A stretch of DNA of 64,000 bases from an uncultured virus (IMG/VR IMGVR_UViG_3300026254_000003) (Duplodnaviria > Heunggongvirae > Uroviricota > Caudoviricetes): the IMG/VR virus record IMGVR_UViG_3300026254_000003, one strand, 5' to 3'. The notes beneath the pieces are model-generated. The model worked only from the letters and a program-made list of their open reading frames with translations, ran no database searches and was not told where the DNA came from. The number at the start of each line of letters is the position of its first letter. Positions within the stretch are counted from its first letter, which is position 1. Shown here piece after piece: positions 59,369 through 64,000 of the stretch. The translations under genes and the position numbers were made by a program.

Positions 59369-59578
59369 TCAAGAAAAGCTATCGCGAACATCGTCGTTCA
59401 TGGCTTTTTTAGCCGTCGCTCGTGCCACTTTGTTGTGGTAGCGACGTTTCGCTTTCTTGTTGCGAATGCGTTCTCCCTGAGGAAGAAACTCTTGGCAGTC
59501 TGCAACATCCGGCCCGTAGGGCGAGATGTGTTCAGGGTTGCCTTTATAAATCCCGTAAGGGCGTCTTTTATTCGCCAT
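59369..59578 (-). CDS. small basic protein
   Basis: 69 aa, GAGGA RBS. Confidence 0.65.
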   Translation of the reverse strand: MANKRRPYGIYKGNPEHISPYGPDVADCQEFLPQGERIRNKKAKRRYHNKVARATAKKAMNDDVRDSFS

Positions 59579-59612
59579 CGTTATTTCCTCAACTCGTTTT
59601 TAACATGTGCAC

Positions 59613-59918
59613 CTACGGTTCTACGCGGATGCACTTGCCGTAAATATTTTTTATCGGTGTCCACCCATTAACCTTGCCGTGGTTGTTGGATATTTGGACG
59701 CGACCTGGCTGCACCGCAGTGACAAGGTGCAAATACTGCACCCCTGATACCGTACAGAGCACAATATCACGTTTTTTAAGGCCCTCGTCGCTGCCAAGAG
59801 GGCGCACGGTGACCTTTTGTCCTGACGATATGCGCCCTGTCATTGAGTTGCCTCGCGGACGAAACGACACGGTTTCGCCTCGCTGCAACTTAGTGATATA
59901 AGGCGTGGCCCAGCACAC
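59613..59918 (-). CDS. S24/S26 peptidase-like domain protein
   Basis: F.P.GNSM...I..G..V.V.P....DIVL......YLH.V motif (Ser/His dyad-like). Confidence 0.65.
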   Translation of the reverse strand: MCWATPYITKLQRGETVSFRPRGNSMTGRISSGQKVTVRPLGSDEGLKKRDIVLCTVSGVQYLHLVTAVQPGRVQISNNHGKVNGWTPIKNIYGKCIRVEP

Positions 59919-59920
59919 GG

Positions 59921-60190
59921 CTACACCTTGTATAGCATTAGCGTGCCACCGTCATAGGGTTCGCCGTACCAGCCATTGTCATCGACGATAGCTTGTAGTG
60001 TAGGGTGCAGAGCGTCCTCGATAGTGCCTGCGTTAAAGATAGGTAAACCATCTGATGCAAACTCTTCGCTGCCTCGTAGCCAGATGCCTTTACGTGACGG
60101 GTCGCCGTAAAATTCAGCCATAGGTACGGCGTTCGCTTCTGGTAGCGCCTTATTGATTTTGCTGATCATTGCTTGTTCAGATAAAGCCAT
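59921..60190 (-). CDS. hypothetical protein
   Basis: MALSEQ start after repeat 60201. Confidence 0.8.
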   Translation of the reverse strand: MALSEQAMISKINKALPEANAVPMAEFYGDPSRKGIWLRGSEEFASDGLPIFNAGTIEDALHPTLQAIVDDNGWYGEPYDGGTLMLYKV

Positions 60191-60200
60191 GTCTCTCTCC

Positions 60201-60247
60201 TGTTGTGTTGACAGGATTAGTATCTCAAAAACTGAGAGTGTTGTCAA
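60201..60247 (-). promoter_or_regulatory. Representative copy of the repeat: sigma70-like promoter with extended -10 and shared leader
   Basis: Minus strand reads TTGACA acactctcagtttttga (17 nt) GATACT aatcct GTCAACACAACAGGAGAG, then ATG at 60190. Confidence 0.85.
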
Positions 60248-60271
60248 TAAGAAACCGACATATTGCTCGTA

Positions 60272-60508
60272 TTAGTTAAACTTAGGTGTCACCAAGTTGG
60301 CGACGGCCTTACTCATGATATGAGCGGTATCTTTGTTTTCCGAAAGCCTGACTTCCTGGATGAAACGGCGTATTGTAGCACGCTGCTGCGCACGCCATTG
60401 AAGCACCCTTTCAGGATTGCGTTGTCGGGAGTAGGGAGCGCGATTACGTAATGCAAAATTAGCGCTTATTGCTCGTTGGCGAGATAAGACAAAGTCATTA
60501 AGCGTCAT
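60272..60508 (-). CDS. small basic protein
   Basis: MTLNDF start after repeat 60519. Confidence 0.75.
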   Translation of the reverse strand: MTLNDFVLSRQRAISANFALRNRAPYSRQRNPERVLQWRAQQRATIRRFIQEVRLSENKDTAHIMSKAVANLVTPKFN

Positions 60509-60602
60509 GGCATTCTCCTGTTGTGTTGACCATGTCAGCGTCTCAAAGTCAGAGAGCGTTGTCAATATTTCCGACAAGTGTGTCGCGTGAATTAAGGAAA
60601 GA

Positions 60603-60800
60603 TTACTCTTCCGAAATGACGAAGCTTTGAGTAGCTTGTGATATTGCGCTTTCAGTTGGCTCCAGCATTGTTAAAATGGCTTGCTTTTGCTCTTGTGTGA
60701 ATGAGGCATCTGACATGAGCGCCATCTTGCTTTTTTGCAGCGTAAGGTTAATGTTGGTTACAGCCTCGCAAGCGTTGTCGATAAGTTGACTAAGGTGCAT
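60603..60800 (-). CDS. small hypothetical protein
   Basis: MHLSQL start after variant repeat 60811. Confidence 0.7.
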   Translation of the reverse strand: MHLSQLIDNACEAVTNINLTLQKSKMALMSDASFTQEQKQAILTMLEPTESAISQATQSFVISEE

Positions 60801-60863
60801 GTTTCTCTCCTGTTGTGTTGACAGTTTAAATATATCAATAAATTTGACAAAGTGCAACAAAAT

Positions 60864-61334
60864 TTATTCAGACAAGTATGTCGACAATGACTCATCAAGT
60901 TCATCGAACAGTGCATCGAATGCGGCTTCGGTTATACGCCCTTCACGTAACGCCTTTCGTGCAGCAAGTAATTGGGACGCATGACTCAGCATGTCGCTAA
61001 CACCATGAAGCGGGATGCAGCGTTGCGTTGGCGCTGGGTTGGTTGGCGTTATGCCGTTATAGATGTTAATGGTTAACGGAACGCTGACATTGTTATGCGG
61101 GCCGTTAAATGTCTCGCAGTCTGAAGAAAGCATATTGATGCCTTCTCCGCAGGGGATAAAGTAGAGGTTAACGCCGTCATCTCTAATGTCGTTTAACAGT
61201 TCTTCTGCGTTGCAGTCAGGGTAGATCTTACCGTGGCGCTGAACGGCACTGTCCAGTCCAGTCTTGGCGCTCTCAGGCGTGGTGCCTACGGCAATAAACT
61301 CAAAGTGTCGCGTTTCGTAAGTCGTGATATACAT
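60864..61334 (-). CDS. hypothetical protein
   Basis: 156 aa, GGAG RBS. Confidence 0.75.
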   Translation of the reverse strand: MYITTYETRHFEFIAVGTTPESAKTGLDSAVQRHGKIYPDCNAEELLNDIRDDGVNLYFIPCGEGINMLSSDCETFNGPHNNVSVPLTINIYNGITPTNPAPTQRCIPLHGVSDMLSHASQLLAARKALREGRITEAAFDALFDELDESLSTYLSE

Positions 61335-61436
61335 AACAAAGGCTCCGTAGGAGTCATGGCAATCACAGTGTGTGCTGTGTCGCCATGGTCTAATTAAAAA
61401 GGCTGACGGTGGCTTGGTTCGTCTTGTCGCTGCTCG

Positions 61437-61928
61437 TTAGGAAGAGGTTTCTTCTGGCTCAACGAGAATAACACCTTTTCCGCTAACAGGGCTGATCACG
61501 CCTTCATCGTCTCCGAGCCTTGATATGTATGCGCTGTCCACGCCAAACATGGCGTCAGTACCACGGTCTTTGTAGATAACGATGTCGACGGGAAGTTGCG
61601 TGTCAGGATCGGTGACCGTGACTTCTTTGACATACATGGCGGTATCAGACGATGTGGGCGGTATGTTCTTCTCTGTGAGGTAGTCGATGGTTTTAACCCA
61701 ATCCACTTCTGCTGATGTCGTACTCATAATGACGTCGTAGATGCCGTAGTCCACATGACTATGGGCTTCCTTTAACCGGGCGATCAGCGTCGATGCTAAA
61801 CGCTCAAAGACCTCGTCATCCCCCACTTGATCTGAGGTTAAGACAGGCACTCGGTTAACCAATACAGCTAATGATTTAACGTTGGCAAAAAATGCGCGAA
61901 TGAGCGTAACGGTGACATGCTTATACAT
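61437..61928 (-). CDS. hypothetical protein
   Basis: 163 aa, AAGGGA RBS. Confidence 0.75.
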   Translation of the reverse strand: MYKHVTVTLIRAFFANVKSLAVLVNRVPVLTSDQVGDDEVFERLASTLIARLKEAHSHVDYGIYDVIMSTTSAEVDWVKTIDYLTEKNIPPTSSDTAMYVKEVTVTDPDTQLPVDIVIYKDRGTDAMFGVDSAYISRLGDDEGVISPVSGKGVILVEPEETSS

Positions 61929-61995
61929 GGCGTTCCCTTTATCAATGAGACTGTGAAGGCGCCGAAGCGCCTAGCTGTAGCGTAAAACGAAGTGG

Positions 61996-62238
61996 CTATT
62001 TAAAGATAGCCAGCACGTCTGCACTGAGGAACTCTGATTTAACCAGAATGCTGGTGATTTCTTCGCTGAGGGGGTCAACGTTCAGCAAGTAGAAGCCTTC
62101 TTCTTTTTGTCTGATGAACGTATAGGTGTCCAAGCAAGCGAGCGTATCAGAGACCGTTACCGTACCGTGCAAGTCTTCCGTTTTCGCCTTTTTCATGCGA
62201 CGGTCTTCGTTGAGTTCAAGTAAACGAGATACTTTCAT
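61996..62238 (-). CDS. small hypothetical protein
   Basis: 80 aa behind variant repeat 62253. Confidence 0.75.
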   Translation of the reverse strand: MKVSRLLELNEDRRMKKAKTEDLHGTVTVSDTLACLDTYTFIRQKEEGFYLLNVDPLSEEITSILVKSEFLSADVLAIFK

Positions 62239-62324
62239 GTGTGCATTCCTGTTGTTGTGTTGACGGTTATTATATTAACAACAAACACAGCCTGTGTCAA
62301 CAAACACAGGCCACAAATTGATGG

Positions 62325-62951
62325 TTATCTGTCTTGTGCCGAACGGGCATTGCGAAGCGCATCCGTGACACTCTCAACATCAGATTGAAAGCGCTCTAGG
62401 GCGCGATATTTCTCCGCAGCCTGTTTAACAGGCAACATGGTGTCGTCGGTCACTTCATCAAACTCTGCGTGAAGAAACTGCGCAATACGTGGTGGGAAAG
62501 CAATCAACACTTCGTTTATAGCGTCAGTGCCAGACTCAATAACGTCTTCAAGGCGGTCGCACAAGCGGTTCCAGCGCTCAAGCTCATCGACCGCTGCATG
62601 TAGTTCATTACTGAGTAAATCCCACATGACGGCGAAGGGTGCATCGCATCCCCAATCAGGGTGCGAAACGAGGGAGCCTTTAAATGTGATGGCTTCACCA
62701 AGTTCTATGGGAAGTAAGTCAGAATGTGGATAGTTGGCGTAAAGAAGCCCTCGCAATGCGACAACGTCCGATGGCAGTGGTTTGTCATCGTTACGCGTAG
62801 CAGTTGCGTTGTCTCGCGCCTGTATACTTCTGTAGCCTTCATGCTTAGTAAGAACATCAAGGACGGTGCTCTGTTTGACGTGTTTTGCGTTGTCTTTAGT
62901 TTGACAAGCAGTAACAATGGCGGTGGCAAGGTGGCGTAATGGGTTGCTCAT
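62325..62951 (-). CDS. hypothetical protein, long-leader class
   Basis: MSNPLRH start, GGAG RBS; promoter TTGACA-16-TATTAT at ~63156-63183. Confidence 0.75.
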   Translation of the reverse strand: MSNPLRHLATAIVTACQTKDNAKHVKQSTVLDVLTKHEGYRSIQARDNATATRNDDKPLPSDVVALRGLLYANYPHSDLLPIELGEAITFKGSLVSHPDWGCDAPFAVMWDLLSNELHAAVDELERWNRLCDRLEDVIESGTDAINEVLIAFPPRIAQFLHAEFDEVTDDTMLPVKQAAEKYRALERFQSDVESVTDALRNARSAQDR

Positions 62952-63244
62952 AATAGCGTTCTCCGAATGTGAATGTTCAAGCCCTACCAATTAACCTTGA
63001 AGCCTCACGCGGTAAACGATTATAAACGTAAGTGTGCATTCAATGGTGCAAGAGTGGCCGGTCTGTATAAAACAAACACCCAAAGGGCGGTAGGCGGCGT
63101 GTGCTGCAACACACATTTCGGTCATAGCGTCGTAACGCTCTCGAAACTTGTGTTAATAATACCAGTATTGATTAAAATGTCAATAAAAAAGAAGCGAGGT
63201 TATGGCGGGGGAAACTCGCTTCTGTGTTGTTGATTGATTATTAA

Positions 63245-63604
63245 TTAGGACTCGGCGGTAGATTTTAATGATTCCGCCATCGTTTGCAGTACGGTTGCGC
63301 CCAACCCACGTGCGGTTTTGGCCCCACGGTTGGTAACATAGCGGCCATCAGCACCTGTCTTTAGTCCAAGCATTTGTGCAATGGCGTTGCCCACATTTTC
63401 TTGCGCTGAGGCGCTTGCTTCATCGCCTGAATCGTCCATCATTAACACGGTTGAGATGGCATCAAGTTGCGTTGGCGAAACGCTAAGTTGGTTCGTCTTG
63501 CCGGATACGGCTCCATACAGTTGAACAGAAGGTTTAAGGCCATCGCTGTTTTTGTTTTCTAGGCGTGACAGCTGGGTTTTGATGTAGCTTGTTTTTTGCG
63601 TCAT
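63245..63604 (-). CDS. hypothetical protein
   Basis: 119 aa, TAAGGA RBS. Confidence 0.75.
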   Translation of the reverse strand: MTQKTSYIKTQLSRLENKNSDGLKPSVQLYGAVSGKTNQLSVSPTQLDAISTVLMMDDSGDEASASAQENVGNAIAQMLGLKTGADGRYVTNRGAKTARGLGATVLQTMAESLKSTAES

Positions 63605-63667
63605 AGCAATTCCTTATTAGGCCGCTGACCGCGGCCCTGTGGTTTAGTCAAAAAAAGAAAATGGTGC

Positions 63668-64000
63668 CTAGGCGTTTACGGACTTGCGCACTAACTCGTG
63701 ATATTGCGCATCAATGTCATTGAGCATACCATTAGACTCGATGTCACAGCCTTCATAGCCAGAACGTTCGCAAATCATCGTGCCGTCATCATCGACCAGA
63801 AGAAAGCCGAAAGTGTCTTCCGAAATAAAGGCGTCGTACGCTTTAACCTCGGCTTTCATGTGTTCTTTAGCTTGGTTGCAGTGGTGAGCTTCAGTGCCGC
63901 CATAATAGGTGTCCATGTCGCTGTGCGTCATGTAAATGACTCCGACCTGTCCGCTATCAAAAGCGCATGAGAACGGGATCGTTGACATGGTGATGCCAGA
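63668..64000 (-). CDS. mobile-element hypothetical protein, probably 5'-truncated by the window edge
   Basis: Frame is open to the edge (SGITMSTIPFSCAFDSGQVGVIY...EV..YD). Confidence 0.7.
   Translation of the reverse strand, partial: SGITMSTIPFSCAFDSGQVGVIYMTHSDMDTYYGGTEAHHCNQAKEHMKAEVKAYDAFISEDTFGFLLVDDDGTMICERSGYEGCDIESNGMLNDIDAQYHELVRKSVNA

Larger units (their letters stand above)
1151..62300 (-). repeat. Dispersed ~47-bp promoter+leader repeat family, about 54 copies, each directly upstream of a minus-strand gene or operon
   Basis: Plus-strand consensus tgttgtg(t/c)tgacaggattagtatctcaaaaactgagagtgttgtcaa. Copies start at about 1151, 1786, 3614, 4701, 6451, 7464, 8086, 9075, 9524, 9881, 10741, 11518, 12335, 13115, 13775, 15401, 15822, 17167, 17995, 20488 (degenerate), 21168, 22822, 23418, 23930, 25559, 29410, 30015, 31007, 31707, 32626, 33803, 34636, 35938, 36770, 37389, 40914, 41530, 41990, 42979, 44208, 44679, 48777, 49485, 49877, 52440, 54005, 54859, 56871, 57868, 59295, 60201, 60519, 60811, 62253. 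Confidence 0.95.

Noticed and set aside
60208..60247. Repeat as a conserved hairpin or Frpo-like ssDNA promoter, or as a bidirectional promoter
   Set aside because: The inner TCTCA/TGAGA arm varies without compensatory changes (tcgca/tgtgt, tccca/tgaga), -35 and -10 would fall on opposite arms, and the plus-strand TTGACA has no -10 at 17 nt. Not excluded, but unsupported.
3602..60577. Recurring N-terminal peptides in the ORF track (MTTLSAFEIL.LSTQQ, MRYLSCQHN)
   Set aside because: These are artefacts of translating through the promoter repeat from TTG codons; real starts follow the RBS downstream of the repeat.
1151..62300. Repeat family as a CRISPR array
   Set aside because: The intervening segments are hundreds to thousands of bp of genes, not ~30-nt spacers; copies are degenerate; no cas genes are present.
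1151..62300. Repeat family as integron attC sites
   Set aside because: It lacks a proper RYYYAAC/GTTRRRY pair, lies 5' of genes with -35/-10 boxes rather than 3' of promoterless genes, and no intI is seen.
501..63970. Numerous short plus-strand and alternative-frame ORFs in the track
   Set aside because: They overlap better-supported minus-strand genes, lack RBSs and look like shadow ORFs.

Overview
This is an accessory region of a large mobile replicon (megaplasmid, ICE or jumbo-phage-like). The host is probably a marine gammaproteobacterium such as Alteromonas, inferred from the PEP-CTERM-like tails. No replication, conjugation, virion, rRNA or tRNA genes are seen. About 110 mostly short hypothetical genes lie almost all on the minus strand. 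They are organised as mini-cassettes, each headed by one of about 54 copies of a ~47-bp element (minus-strand consensus TTGACA-17 nt-GATACT-6 nt-GTCA(A/G)CACAAC-RBS-ATG), i.e. a sigma70-type promoter fused to a shared 5' mRNA leader. The most striking observation is that the reverse complement of that leader sits in hairpins in non-coding 3' regions: a multi-hairpin RNA candidate at 43069-43260 and four hairpin+terminator modules at 5.8-22.9 kb. The variant of the antisense motif co-localises with the matching leader variant. This suggests a regulon-wide antisense or decoy RNA control system (inference). A second class of five genes has its own promoters, ~160-220-nt structured leaders and an apparently shared helical module. 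Recognisable genes: two TnpB-type nucleases (one complete tnpA-less IS200/IS605 element that appears to have inserted silently at a stop codon), a YfbR-like HD nucleotidase, a Nudix phosphoesterase, a secreted HNH nuclease, a DUF3268-like zinc finger, a PcfJ-like protein, an S24/S26 peptidase-like protein, and a sigma54-preceded PEP-CTERM-like protein plus a truncated relic of another. All family assignments come from motif recognition by eye, without database searches. Many ORF-track starts were corrected because they read through the repeat.
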